Shown: positions 25,031 through 39,467, counted from the first letter of the whole stretch. The stretch: DNA of 63,302 bases, filler included, from Choristocarpus tenellus KU-1152 (GCA_964200185.2; 9 parts of 9 records of this genome joined end to end with filler, not necessarily neighbours in it), one strand, 5' to 3'. Numbers and translations: made by a program. Notes: a model not told the origin generated them from the letters alone.

Positions 25031-28000
25031 ATGGAGGCAGAGAGCAGTATCACACACCACTTCACTCAGAACTTCGAGCTCAGTGGGTTCGGTTCGCCAG
25101 GAGAGGCTTTGGTGGTGCGTTCGGTCAAACGGATATCGAAAACATGGGTATCAAACGTGCTCGATTCTGACACCTTCCCACCCTCTCTAGTCCAAAGCTC
25201 TTTACCTAACTACCCTCTGTGATAGCCCCCAAATGCCTCGTGCTTGGTGATATATTCCCAGAAAGCTTGTATGAAAACGATTATTGTAGAACATGTCCGC
25301 ACTTTCCCTAATGCGTCGTACAGGTACCACACTTCTGTCACGATTTGTGTCAATACCGGTTGTCAGGATGGAGTTGTTGGATGAAAAACTGCCGAGTACG
25401 TTTTGCTTCCACGCTTCCTTGGCCTCTCCCCCCTCCTACCTCTGTGTCTCCCCTTTTGCACACGTTGCTTTTGCATTAGTAAGTCACCTCACATGATTAC
25501 TAGGAGACACTAGAGAAAGCGGGGATACCAAATGCTCGTAGATCGATTCGTCGGGTCCAGCATTAAGTATGCACACAAGTGCTCTGTTGTAATTCTTGCT
25601 TCATAAGGTAAGCGTTCAATGGTTGTATTTGATCGTGTATCTAACGAGAGCGAAGGGAATCGGAGTTAAGGAAGTTATACCGGAGCGAACATTGAACAGT
25701 AGACAGGGATAGTGGCATCGGTATTGCATTTTATGAGTAACAGCAGAGGATAGGTGTGGTTCTATCCTATCTTGTTTTTGAAAATAACAGCCTTTAGGTT
25801 GGATCGTTCGTGCCAGCTCTGAAGTTTGTCGTCTTCGACGTAGAGTCTTGTTGACTACTTCACCTAGTAGTCCATAACGATCAACTCTACCGCACGCACC
25901 ACACGAACGTCTCATCATGCTCACCTCTGTGGCACCCACCCAGCTAAAAGGTAGACGCATATCAACATATGGTCGTCTAGCCCACTGCCACACGATAGTT
26001 CTAGGTTGTTCCTTGGAACATCTTCTCCCTCCGCGTTTGCATTTGGAACATCTAATAAAGCAACGGGTTGATATTTTGTGCTCATTCAGTTCCAGTATTT
26101 TCAGTCCTTGTTCATTTAGATTCATATTTCACCTCTACCTTGTTCTTCAGTCGTTTCAGAAAAGCTGGCTTTTGGATGTGAACGTTGATTCACCTCTTTC
26201 TGTACCGGATTTGTGTATCATTCACAGCAAACTGTCAAGGAGCTCGTGGACAATGCAGTTGATGCTTGCCGCAATTGCAGAACCAATCAAGGTGCACCAA
26301 CAGTGCGTGTAGTTCTTCGGCGAACAAATAAACTCCATCAAGAGAAAGGGCACCTTAACACGACTGGTCTTATTGATGAAGGTAAGTCAAGGGTGCTCAC
26401 ATGTTGTACTTCGATTTGCAAGTTTTTAAGTGGAGACCTCCAAGCAATTAACTTTCGCTATTCTTGGATCTACAGTACCCCTGCACAACATTTTCGAATT
26501 TCCTCAAACAACAGATCGCGCCTGTGTACTCGAGGTGTGATCTACAGTGTGTAAGAGTGTAAGAATGTACACGTGGAGATTAAATATTCCTCTGCAATTT
26601 ATATCCAGGTATTGTACGATAGAGTTTCCTAAAACTATTGTTATCCATACTTAAGGAGAATACCTGCAAGTTATGACACACCAAGACTCTCAAAACAAAG
26701 TGGGGACTTAGGTAGCTGTGTCCACACGATCTATCTTCCTGGCAGGGACTAAATTTGGGTGGAACTACCCCTGTGATTTGCTTGCCCTTCGGCATGATCA
26801 GGTTCTCTAGAACTTCAAGTTGTGGACAACGGTGTAGGTTTGACAGACATAAAGGGTTCACTTGCCCTCTTTTCCTCCACCAAATCGGGTCACAGGCTCA
26901 GCAAGAACGCAGGTGAGCCTTCACAACTGCTGGTGACATTCAGTTTTCAAGTTTACTTGATTTTCTTTACCACAAACGTCAAATGCAATTTAAGGTCTTG
27001 TTATCAGCTATCCCACATTCTCTATTCATTGCTGCAGCAGGATTCATAGCACAGAGCAGTAACTTGTCTTACTGTGCTACATGTCTGAGGAACAATAGTC
27101 ACCCATTCCACCAATCCGCAACAAGCACACTTCAAGCCGAGGAGAATAAGTGTCGTGCCATGAAAATTGTACATCACCTGGAACCTTAAAAAGGCAACAG
27201 CACAGCAAAGTTACGTGACATGTACATGCCACCACTTGTTGACTCTACTTAGACTTCACCTTAGCGAGTGAACACACACTCTCTCACAATGGTCATAGGA
27301 CCCTAGAGAAAGCATACTGAGTCACTGGATTAGAGCTGTATTGCAATGTCGACTTAATTCACTAGTCAAGAACCAGTGGTGTTGTAATTTGAGGGGATTT
27401 TCTTATAACATGTTAAATCAGCTTGAAAAGAGTGAATATTCTGATTTTTACTCAAATAAATCGTGCAACACTCGAGGCGAGGGGCGTGAAACGTTGAGCG
27501 CTGCCAGGTGAGTGTGAGGAAACATTTATAGCTGCGAGGAACTAAAGCAAATCATACACTGCACATATGCACCAGAAATAATGCACTATCAGAAATATTT
27601 CAATTGAGACCTGGATTATTGCACAATTGAACAAATCAAATTGATTGTAGCCACAATTCACAACAATAATTGTGAGCCTCGTACTATTTCTCTCCTCTGA
27701 GAAGGGATGAAATATGTATTTAGTAGTACAATAGAACGCACTACAACATACCACAACAGTCATAACATCCTACAGCATACTACCTGCATCATCCAACACT
27801 AGTATATGACATATCATATGTATTGCCATCCCAGAAGAATTAGAGGTGTTCACTCCACACTTGACCCCCCTTCGGCATCTGATCTCTTCATTCAAGCATT
27901 ATCTCATCACTTCCCTTGCTCTCCTATCGATATATAATCATTGCTGGTGGACATGTAACCAGACACGGTTCAAGCAGGAAAGTATGGCCTAGGTTTGACA

Positions 28001-31000
28001 TTGTCACTACTGTACTCACAGGTACATTTTGGAGGGGTCATCAAGGTGAGCTATCATACCATGCTTAAAAAAAACACACAGGCACATATGCATGCAGAGT
28101 GTTAAGTGCAATAGCTTTCTTAGATACAAAATATCAAGGAGCTGTAATTTCACTTCTTGCAGTGCTTACAAAGAAAATGTACACATTTTCCTCTGTTGTC
28201 CGTTATGTAGTAGGGTATTCAATATTTAGCTACTACTTTCGAAGTCTCAATACACCTAACCCCCAACGCTAACCCTAACCCTATTGTTCTCTCTGGTTTT
28301 CATTTTCATCATTTATGTCAACACATTATTGATCTTTACATTAGCTACGAATATTTTCTCAAGAGTTTAACACACCCACCTCATTCCTGCTTTCTTGTCT
28401 TATTAGCATCTGCACACAAAACAAGATGCACAAGCAATGCCACTGGAATTTTTGAGAGATAGTACCATTGAATTTCTTTTGTCTCACATACTGTTGCAGA
28501 AGGAGACATCTTTCCTTTGGCTGCGTGACCTTTCAAAATTCCACTCTCTTTTGCTCTCTCACACTGATGACCAAACATGGTGCCATTCAACACACTGCCA
28601 CTAAAACCAATCACAATTTACTGAACACCTGGCCATCAACGCTAAGGTTAGGTTACATCCGCTGCAGAGCACTCAGCCCATTGGACACTAATGAGGTGCC
28701 GGATCAACACCTGTACAGGAGAGCCGACAACTGACTACTCCAAGACTGGAGAGAAGCCTGAAGGGTTCAGGTGACTGACCTTAGTATAATGTGTTGCTAC
28801 AACTAAAAAAAGATGAAGTATATCAACTTTCGGACAAGTATTCTCAGATTGGACATTTTCTTCAATATCTACTGTAGTCTATGTGTGTGTGCTCTATACA
28901 TGTTCCCAAAAGAGGTCGGAAGTCCTTCAACCAAAGGTATGAACTGTTCGCCATTCAAACAAAGGCTGTCTTATGCACCAACTTCTCAAAACCTCTTTTG
29001 GGTCCACCCAAATTCCTCTATGCATGCGCAAATGGGGGAACATAAGTTAATTATGCGTCTGCTAACTGATTTCTCTCCCCTTTTAACCTGAGGTAGCTCA
29101 GGCAGTGACATTCGCATTTTGGTCCCTGGTACAATAGATGCCATGGCATATGCAAAGCCTCGATTGGAAGCACTATTTCTGCGAATGAATCTTACAGCTG
29201 ACCGACCTGCAGAGGTGACATTAATTTGCGAGGTACGTTCTCAATAAATAGTTGCGATGAAATTAGAGGTTGAAGACACTGTAAATACAGTCCTCAACCT
29301 TTCTACAAGGTGTAGTGCAGAGTATTTTGTAGTTATGCCATTATCTCCTAAGCTTAAGCTTGAAAGACACCACTTCATTAAAAAAACATGGTGTATTTTC
29401 AGGAATTGGAAAATAACTGTTGTAGGGCACTAGGGCTGCAAGTGCTGCTTGTACTGCTAGAACTACATTGGAGGGTCATACTAACCAAGACAGAGCTTCG
29501 CTATCAGGATTACCCAAAATGGAAACCCCCCCCGTCTGTCTTGTATGTTATGAAAAGGGTTTGGGGGCTTCTGTGATGCACATGAAACATCAATATAGGG
29601 CAAATTACACAAGAGTAAATTGAGTCATACATTGCAAAATGAGCTAAATATGTAGTACCTCTCAGTATGACTCAGAGGTCTTTCTCCTGGGGACTTTCTC
29701 ACTTGGCAATAGATGGAAAAATCTTTGCTGTTATGTCGAGAAGTTTGAAGTGCTCTAGTGACTTGCTTGAAGTGGAAATGTGAGCAATATCTTCAAGTGC
29801 ATTAATCAGTAGAAAACAGATCAGCAACAAATAACCATTCTGTTGTGGACAAATACCTAGTGCTATCCCTAATCCTTGTGGTTCAAAGGTTCCATAACAC
29901 CACATATTTATGTCATCATCCAATCCTTCCTTCACAGAGTTGCCTATGTGACATGACCCTGTCAATCTCCCGAGGAGGGGCTCACACCCCCCCACAACTG
30001 CTGCTGGACAATGATGATCTTGTGGACGCGTTTACATTTGGTCTCATGGAGCTTCTCCATTGGGAGGCAGCATTTCACATGCAAGAGTTCAGGCAGGCCT
30101 TTGCCAAGGGAATTGGTGATGACGGATGTGGTGAATATGTTGGCCCACTTGGTGGCGAGGAGATTTTTCCAGAAGATGTGGCGATGTTTGAATGCGAAGT
30201 GAGTTGAGACACGATCTATTCATTACCTTTGGTGAGGTCAGAGACTGGCGATCTATAATATATCCATTTTACTAGACTATTGTGGTATATATATCTCAAG
30301 GCAGAACTCAGTTGCTCCCATTCTTACTACAATTTTATTTTCCCTTGGTTTCCACATATATAGTTGTGAACCTGTTCAATACAAACACCTTGCTTCTTTA
30401 CATGATATTTTAGGCTCTAATCACACAGAAAGCGAGATCCTGGAATGAAACATCTTGAACCTCATTAACAGAACGATACGTCAATGCGTTCACTGGTACT
30501 CGGAGTGCTTGGATATTGTTTCATATCATACTACAAAATGTTGCTTGCTATTAACTGCAGACTACCGCACACTGTCATAGCCAATGCTCTCAACTACATG
30601 GCATAATTTCTCATCGGATTTAAATTTAAGGTGAAGGCACAAAAAGAAGTAAGCACTCTTGAAAACCATGCACTACAACTTGTATTGTTTTCTCCTCTAT
30701 ACCCACCGGGGAACCCCCATTTGTCCATTCCCTGCAAACCTTTGAGTCATGGAAGCTTGCCTCTCCTGTTACAAGCACTTAGTTTTGTTATACATCCGCC
30801 GCAACACTCTTTTAAATTTACTTTGTTGCATAATTGTGATGCACAGGGCAAGGGGGACAGGATGCGGATTGAAGTGGCGGTTGCTCTTCAACGGATAGCA
30901 CAGACTGGGACAACGTCCAAATGCAGGGGATTCAAACGTGACAAAGAGTGTTTTCAAAGTGATTTTAGCGAACCAATGGTGAGAAAAACTTACACTGGTC

Positions 31001-33579
31001 TTGGTATGGAATGGATTCGAAAATGATATTTGCAATCATAGGGGTTTCACATGCAATCGATCATATTTGACTTCCTAACTAGATGTTTCTTACTTTGAAG
31101 TATGTCTTCGTAGAATACTGCATACAATGGTAAGTACCTCTAACTACATGGGGTGCTATTGCATATTTCTATTTCTTGGTGAGTAAGCAAGAGTAGAATT
31201 ACCATCAACTCCAATCACTCACCTACACCAAGTACTTTGTTGAATGTTAATCTGTAAAACCTCATCAATGTAAGTAGAGGAGATTAAAACCTGTGTGGCA
31301 TGCCAGGACCTCAGCTTGTCTCATCCCAAGAAGTCTATTCTGTGCAGAAAGTAACCCTCTACCCCCCAACTCTGCTCAGTGAAATGGAGACAGTTACGAT
31401 TCCGACACAAGGCCTCCTTCATAATTAGGCTAATTAATAGAGAGTAGAAGGCATACCCAGCATCAAAATGTCATGATACTTAGCATTACGAGTGCAAGCA
31501 GATTCAAGTGATCTCTACAAGAGAATATTTGTTCAGCCAAGCTGAACATCACCACCACTTATAACTGCAACTATAACCCCAAAATTCAATAGGGACCTAT
31601 CAATAGTTGTTTGGATTATCTCTCTAGCGCAGCTTTACAAGTGTGAAGTGTGATGCTGGCTTACAAGCTTTGAATCCATATATATATATACGACATTCAT
31701 TGACGCTGTGGATCTGCTCCTTCACCAACTATCAGCTCCTCCTTGCCTTCTTGAACCACTCCCCCTTTGTCTGTCCACACACTTGCCAGGTAACCTCATG
31801 CTCCCCAATTGCACCTGATCTTATCCGAAGGCAGACATCACTAGTGCCCACCACCGTGCCTTTACTACTCCACCGCTTTGTCAATCACGTACCACTGTTG
31901 GACACACAAAGCTCAACTGCGTGTGCCCTTTGTGCTGGAGTGGCAAGGGCTAATTGGAGGCGACTGGGTCTATCTTTGTCCCCAGCCAGGATGAGAGAGC
32001 ACGAGGGGCGGCTAAGGTTTACTGTTTCTGAGGCGCCAACTTCCCTTAAGGCATGTTGGTTGATGCTGCTGTCGATGTTGCTGCTGTGTTTGTGATTGTG
32101 CGAAGTTACCTAGTCATAGTGGAGATTATGTGGTGACACAGGAGTCTCAGAGTAGGTCAGTTTGCAATCAAGGGGGTGACGTATTAACGACAAATAATCC
32201 ACAGTGATGTAGGTATCACAATGAGATTGGGGGTGCATTATTGACAAAAACACCCTCCAAATTTCTTGAGCCTAGAGCCTTGATGAGGAGGGATAATAAC
32301 CAAAATGAGGTTACCTTGAAGATCAATATTATATTATTTTTTAGTGCCATACAATGCACAACAAAAAGGGAATATTGATGTGACTACTAGGGCAACCAGG
32401 GATGGTCCCACCAGCCCAATCGTATCAATTGTTTCCAGCATACTCAGTATCCCAGTATAATGCGTTTACAATCTTATTAGCAGTGCAGGCAGAGGCCACC
32501 CCTCCCATTAACTCCTGTGTTGTGGATAAGGGATAGTGTTCTTTGGTTGGTGGTAGATACATCCACACAAAGGCACACTTCGAGTTTCAAAACACATATT
32601 TGATTCGAGAGGATACTCATGAGCTTTCGGAGCTGGTTTTTGTTACCGTGTTTACCTGAGTGCTGTTGCTACCCCTATAATGTTTTCTATGCACCTCAGA
32701 GATGGCACTCATTATATGTTTGCACTTGTGTCGTCTCTCCTTTAACATGTATCGTTGCACTACAACTCTGGTATACCAAACCTCCCCCACCAGGCATCAT
32801 TCAGTCATGACCAGCCCTCGCTCCTCGAGGTCCCTCTGAGCCTTGGAGCTAACAGTGTGTGCAGTTTCCTTCAGTAATATGCTGCTATATATATAATTTC
32901 CTTTGGTGGCTTCTGATTCAGAAATCGAGGTTTTGTTGGGCTATATGCGCATTACACTTCTCTGAAAGTGCACTGAATTTGTTCCTATGCACGTATGCAG
33001 CTAAAAGGTGCTCCATGGTCGGCCCTGGAGGGTATCAAGGCTGTCCATGTCTCGGTTTCAGTTACTGCCGACTCTGTTCCCTTCGCAAGTCTCAGGAAGG
33101 ATGCAATATCCCACACAGAGGTGAGGTCAATCAAGACTCTCTCCCTGACCCATGGTGATTTTTGATACCCCACATCCTACTTTAAGGACTATTTCATCCA
33201 ATACGCAAGTAGCGGGTACTTAATATTATTTTTACAGTATGCATGTTTCCAAGCACTCAGCATGGGACATACTTGCCCGCAGATCATTTCTTCACTGAGA
33301 ATGATATTTTTCTAATGCATGATTAAATCGGTAATCAGGAAGTGTAAATGACAGTAAACTAGTCAATATTATACTCCCTTGTACTTCAGAGCACAACAAC
33401 CTGCCTATATGATGTTTTGTGTCTAGGATGTGATCCCAAAGATACATGTGTTAAGGACATACAAAGACACCACCAGCCATTCCTTTCTTCATTAACAATT
33501 ACCAAATGGATTTCAGGAGTATACATCGGCTACAACTAATGCTCTACAAGCTGCTTTACTTTCCCTTTTACATCGAGAG
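25031..33579 (+). CDS. TOP6B: DNA topoisomerase VI subunit B-like protein (divergent; candidate meiotic TOPOVIBL/MTOPVIB type). Exons 25031-25114, 26228-26381, 26802-26912, 27963-28045, 28652-28770, 29097-29232, 29938-30198, 30847-30978, 31790-32050, (32794-32856?), 33001-33120, 33517-33579; 3' end incomplete.
   Basis: Phase-consistent splicing gives SITHHFTQNFELSGFGSPGEALV|QTVKELVDNAVDAC (Top6B N-terminus and GHKL N box), VVDNGVG (G1), AGKYGLGLTLSLLYSQ (G2), RINTCTGEP..GFSSGSDIRI, RIEVAVAL, LHRFVNHVPLL..ACALCAGVARANWRRLGL and VHVSVSVTADSVPFASLRKDAI (transducer domain). Confidence 0.9.
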
Positions 33580-34159
33580 GTTGGGGGATTCCGTTCAGCC
33601 AGAGAGGCGGCCCTGGAAATGCTTTTCCAGGTTAGGAAACACACGCACTTCCTTAACAATGGCATGGGCTAGCAAATTCATCGAGTGTAATGGGTGTCAG
33701 AGCAGTTGTGTGCACAGTGGTCTGCACATTGCTGATTTTGTGGGAAACAAGGAAACCATGATACCATGACACCAGTACATTTTCATCCAATAAATACTGA
33801 CGACAATGCAACGTGGCTTGCCCTGCCTGATTGCTGGCATATCACTCTTTATCACTTTGCACTAGTGGAAAACAGGATATTAAACATTTGTACAGTTTGA
33901 TTGGAGGATGTAACAACTGCCAGACAAGTTATTAAAAATGTAACAGATCCAATACAATAATCCCATCCTACCTTTGCATAACAGCGATTTCTGAAGGATG
34001 CAATCACAAAATATGTCCAATACTCTATCAGTTTTATGGATTGTCCTGTCTGGCCCTTGCTACCTGTCTCCTTCCCTGGTCTTCCTCGTGTCCCCATTTT
34101 CCGCCCTTGAATTTTTTCACCCCTGCCTCCCTAGAAAACGATCCCCTTGAATAACAACT

Positions 34160-34214
34160 GACCCAAAGTATCTGGGGGGCCGGGGGGGTCTACACCAGGG
34201 TGTCCATTTGGACC
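34160..34214. mobile_element. MITE family 2, partial copy at contig end
   Basis: Starts GACCCAAAGTATCTGGGGGG. Confidence 0.8.
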
Positions 34215-34314
34215 NNNNNNNNNNNNNNNNNNNNNNNNNNNNNNNNNNNNNNNNNNNNTTAATTAATTAANNNNNNNNNNNNNNNNNNNNNNNNNNNNNN
34301 NNNNNNNNNNNNNN
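34215..34314. other. Artificial contig linker
   Basis: N-run + TTAATTAATTAA + N-run. Confidence 0.98.
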
Positions 34315-34354
34315 AACAGCAGACGAAGCTGCAGGGCGCTCGGAGGGGGCGCGT

Positions 34355-34389
<35 letters not shown>

Positions 34390-34541
34390 CTACCGCTAGG
34401 TTTTCCATTCAGGCCTGCCCAGGAGAAGTGCACTCACATTATCAATCTGACGCATGCAACCAAATCACCCAAAAATCGCGACATGGAAAAATAGGCCCCG
34501 ACTGGACAGTCGCCACCCCCACCCCCCAGTTACTTTGAACC
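34355..34541. mobile_element. MITE family 2 copy; left end obscured by a poly-G tract
   Basis: Body homologous to 43134-43310; ends CCCCCAGTTACTTTGAACC. Confidence 0.75.
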
Positions 34542-34559
34542 ACTCCCCTCAAGCACAAT

Positions 34560-35420
34560 TGTACGGAAGGTATATTAGATCATATGAACCAACATTGACT
34601 ATGGAGGGTGACATGAAGCAAGTAGTAGTAGATGATGTAAAGTATATTTGTTAAACTCTCAAGTCAAGGTTGAAGTGATCCCTTCACCAAGCTACTGGAG
34701 TAGAGCTAAACATAAAAACACCACTGAATGCTATAGTTAAATAGACCCACATGCAAGAGCTGCCCACTGTCAAAGGGATTCAGTGTGATGCAGCCATGGC
34801 CTAAGGTTTGTTAGTGCACAACACTCTCAATCAATGTCAAGACATATTAAATGCCTCAAAGATCTTGATGGATAAATGTTCTTGTCCATTATTACACTAT
34901 GTGAAACGGCCCAAAGGGGCCAGGTACTCGGGACTCCTAAACCTATGCCCAAATGTACCTTTAGTGCTTTGTGTGTAGAGCATGTTATACAGGGAGGGGA
35001 AAGCATTCATGCAGAGCATCAACTGTCACATGTGCCATATAGAGTACAAGATTGCAGTGTTCAAAATCTAGAAAGGAGCAGGATAGCAGGTTGATTTGTC
35101 CTAGTGCTAACCTTCAAGTCCACAGGTCAACACTTCGCTATTGCATCGACTAAATCCAGCCATCACCTTGTATTGCAGACAAGCAATCCAACAACATCCA
35201 TACAGTCAACATCCACAAGACAGCTTTATATATATCACGCTCTCTCACCTGTCTTCATCCGAGAAAAAAAACCAATACAATGGAAAGATGGTGAAGAGTG
35301 CCCCCATCACAAAAAGCACAACAATATGATTTCTCTCCTGCAAAAGAGGTTGATGGTGGGGAGAAGTAACGAAGTGGGCAGCTGTTGCAATGGAAAGTGT
35401 CGTTTCCCTAGATGAAACAC
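34560..35420 (+). pseudogene. Degenerate Ty1/Copia pol relic (protease C-terminus, GAG-pre-integrase, integrase)
   Basis: Broken fragments VVVDDVKYI..L...SLHQA, LCETAQRG, NQYNGK and WGEVTKWAA resemble Copia DVxYVPxLxxNLxS, CxxC, QQNGxAER and WxEA, in the expected order. Many stops. Confidence 0.45.
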
Positions 35421-36067
35421 CTTTGTGTGTAATGGAACACATCAGATATTCTATTTGCCTGATGACGGGCACTCTGGAGGATGTCCCTCTAAACTTGTCT
35501 CTGATACCTCCACAACCAAAGCTACCTCGATTGCTTCATGCATCATGGATAGAAGAGTCAAACCAATTGAAATGTGGGGAGGTTTGAACCCTTGTGCATT
35601 ATAACTCACCTTTCTTACCCTGCGCAGTACATTCTATTTCATTGCTTAAATGTGCACAATGATTACGATCCAACTGTCACCGCAAATGCGACACTTTCGA
35701 AATTTTCAAGACATGATGCTCTTGGTAATTTGCCTCACTCGTTTTTTCTACCACCACAAAGGACCCTGCTACCGATTTGCTTGATACTATCTTCGGAATA
35801 ACCCTCAACCTTTCCTGCGACTGTGCTCTAGACGTCATCGTTCACACCCCAAGTTTACCCGGCCCTCAATAAGCGACCAAATTGCCACAGGTTCGAGAAA
35901 AAAACGCAAATTGATCAGCTACATAGGTTATCATAATTACTTTTTAATGCAAAAGTAGTCACACCTGCCGTTCATAACGGCTGATAGGGAGACAAAATCG
36001 AGAAGGAACGACTCTGGAAGGTGAATCTGGAGCAAGGGAATTCACTCCTCCCAAATAACACAATTCC

Positions 36068-36145
36068 CTAAATTACGTCAAAATCGCTACATCGGATTCT
36101 GGACCTCATTTGGACGCGGCCGTACCCTCTTAGATACTTTGGCTC
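36068..36145. mobile_element. MITE family 1, truncated copy
   Basis: Ends GTACCCTCTTAGATACTTTGGCTC. Confidence 0.8.
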
Positions 36146-39143
36146 AATAGTGTATGCAAAATTGATACTCCCACTTTCCAGACGCAAAGTGACACCACAG
36201 TGCATTAAAGGCTCTTCTGCAATGGTACAAAATATCACCTTTTTGCCCCTTCTTGGATCCTTAAAATTCAACCCTGCCTATCGCTCGGTTGGTCTGACTC
36301 AGAAGTAAAGCGGAAATGTAAGAAGATGGTACTCAAAATGGAAGCTAAAGAAACTGCTGTAAATGTCAGAACCACAGCTGGTAAACCACGCAATGCTTTG
36401 TATAGAGAAATGTGACATGATTTGTTTCTCTCAGTCACAACGTTATCTGCTGACAAGCCTTTTCAGCTTACCGGGATGAGCCAGGGGACAGAACGCTTTG
36501 CCTTGGGATGGAAGACCACTGCAAGGCGTATTGCGCGTGAAATGTACAACCCAAGCATAACGGGGAAAGCGAAGAACTCCATCTGAAAAAATCAAGAGTA
36601 TCATTAGTGGCAGCTACTTCTAATGTGAGAATATGTGAAAACCTCATTACTATCCTTCTTGTTGCACTACACACATAACTGTCAATACAATCACCCACAG
36701 TTTCAGTGTGTTGGACACAGCATTTACTTTGGGGGGTAACAGTGTGAATTATGAACTTCTCGTTAGTTGGAGAGGGCTACATAGAAGCAATGGAGACAAT
36801 AAAATGAAAGTCGGTGCACTGCTATGATCATCCCAGCCTCAAGCACTGAGCTGGATACAGGCACTGACAGACATTTTTATCCTGAAACTCGAGGAAAATA
36901 TATTCTCAGTAGGATTACCTAAATTGGGCAACTTATAGCAGCCTAGCAAAGGATATCGAAGCCTAGAAACCAACATGAAAAAGAATGGGTCCATTCTTCG
37001 GGATGGAACTGGATGGCAATAGAAAAAGTTTTATGAAGGTAAGGTGGGTCATATCTCACTCACCACATCACACCAAACATATGCAGATCGACTTTTCGAA
37101 AAAACAGAAGATAGTTGAGCCACGCTGGAGAGGAGGTGGCAAAGTATCGAAGCTCCCGTCAGCAACACAAGATAAGCCGACCTGTATACGGGGTGAGATA
37201 AAATTACCGTAGGGCCGACCGCACAATCCAGACCCAAAAAGTATGCAAGTTGCTTTTATGTAACTACAGGATGTATCAGCATGTTGATGGTCGTCCATAT
37301 TATCTGGTATTGCTTGTGAAGATGCAACAAAACTTCCCTGTACAACTTGCCACTCTAATACTATTGTGCGAGGTAGTTGCCTTTTTCCTTGACACATCAT
37401 CGAATCTAACATACGATTTCCAGCAGGTTGAGTCCATCGTATATCCTGTTTGCTGTTTGCTGTTGCTGTTGGTGTTTGCTGCTCCATCGCACATTTTCTA
37501 TCCTCCTTTCTCTATGAAAAATATGGGATATATTGTCTTCCCACGATCCTCTAAACCACCAAGAGTTTACTTCCATAGAAACCCTCTTCAGTCCGCTGTT
37601 AATCCCGTGTTAAACTTTCCACCATGCCATTATCAACTCCTTACCTCGTCTTTATGTCGAAAACACGACGAGCTTTGTAAAATGCCGCCAGTACCACTGG
37701 ACCCACCACCATAAATAGTGCAACGTCCACCAGGCGGAATATGGCAATGGCTGCAAACAGCGGAGTAATGTTCCACCAACGTATTGTTGGAATGAGCGGT
37801 ATTAAGTCCAGAGTTCGGACAAAAATATGGAGAAAGTAACTACAACTGACTGGGTCTAGGTCTGCGGTTGGGTGGCCTGTACAAGCGGCTATTTATGGAA
37901 TCCAGCAAAGCAAAATACCAAGTCATCGATGTTTATTTGACACCGATTCTAACCTCTGTCCGTGTCGGTGATATTAGCAAATTCCTCTTCCATCTTTGAT
38001 TGGGGGTATATCCTTTCCACGAGAACTGCTTTTATGGGTTGATCCAGGCAATGTCCTAACCATGAGTATACTCCAATGTGATGGGAGTGCTGATAGATAG
38101 GTCGATGGGTCAGCCCCAATCACAAATTGTGATGATGGGCGGTGATTCTTGATGAGATTAAGGTTTTCCCCATTTCTTTGAAATTGTTTTAGATCACAAA
38201 AAAAATGGTGAACACATTCATTTTCAAGATCAAAGGACAAAAATAATTTTCGCTACGTGGAAGAAAATATTCATTTTCAGCATCTATATATTTTCGTACA
38301 TCAAAGAACAAATGGAGTTGGAAGGTCTCCACAAAAAATCCTACAAATTTGAATATGAAATAATATATACATAGTATTATCCATTCAAAACAGTAATAAT
38401 TGCGATAGATAGTCCTTCCTTATGAAATCACCTCAACTCACTGCATTCAAGAGAGGATATACTTAACTTTTCCACCATTCCCTTTCTCATTGGCTAGAAA
38501 GATCCTGTGAAGTTGGAAATGTCCTCTTTATATGGAGATCTGTCAGATTGTTGGGATGTTTCCCTACCTCTCCCCTCTAGATATAATATGGTATATCTAG
38601 TAGTAATAGTATATTGATAGAAAAATATTTGACATGTCTACAACAACTTGTTACTTTTTCATTGGTTGTTCTGATATTTTATTGGACTTTCATCGATCTT
38701 TCGATACATCTCCAAAATGTTTGAGTATAATAGTTAAATAGAAATTAGACAGGAAGAGTAATATTATTGTATAAATATTTGTCCGAAACGTACAGAAATA
38801 TTCTTATCAAGATCGTTCTGGTAGTTCAGATGTCACATGTCACATCAATCCCATCTCCCAATCGTGATGAACATTGTAGAAGAATTGGTGGTGGGATTTC
38901 TCTTACCATATAGAGATTTCTGTTGTATTTTCTTCCTTTTAATCAATTTGTAGATGATATCCATTCTTGTACAATGTACTTTACTTTCTTTCTCCATTTT
39001 TATCTCCATTATTAGTTCAAGATAAATTTATACTTCGAACTATATTTTTCTCATTGTAATGTTGATATATGGTGGCACAGATATTCTTATGAGTTTGCTG
39101 CTTTGCTATTAAACAAATTAATCTAAATATAGAAAGGTATATT

Positions 39144-39467
39144 ATGAAAAAGAAGACAAAAACTCAAGAAAAGCTAATCAATGTTTACAAGCTGAATTAC
39201 GATGATGTAAAAGGTGATTTGAAAGGTCACTTCAATAAATTTATGGCTAACCCAAAAAGTTACGGTATAGAAGATAAAAAGTTAATAAATACTCTTCAAG
39301 GAATGAAAGGATTGTCAAAGCACTTCATGTGGAAGCAATTTAAAGAAGCTGTAAAGCTAAAAATGGAAAAGCTAGCTGGTATTTTAATGCAGTACAGTAC
39401 CTACACCGATTTTATACCAAATATTATATACCACACCCATTTTGTACCGCTTGTTTCGATATACTAA
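39144..39467 (+). CDS. Small Lys-rich hypothetical ORF in an AT-rich island (possibly viral or mobile relic)
   Basis: Intronless ORF MKKKTKTQEKLINVYKLNYDDVKGDLKGHFNKFMANPK... with AT-rich codons unlike the host exons. No homology recognised. Confidence 0.3.
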   Translation: MKKKTKTQEKLINVYKLNYDDVKGDLKGHFNKFMANPKSYGIEDKKLINTLQGMKGLSKHFMWKQFKEAVKLKMEKLAGILMQYSTYTDFIPNIIYHTHFVPLVSIY

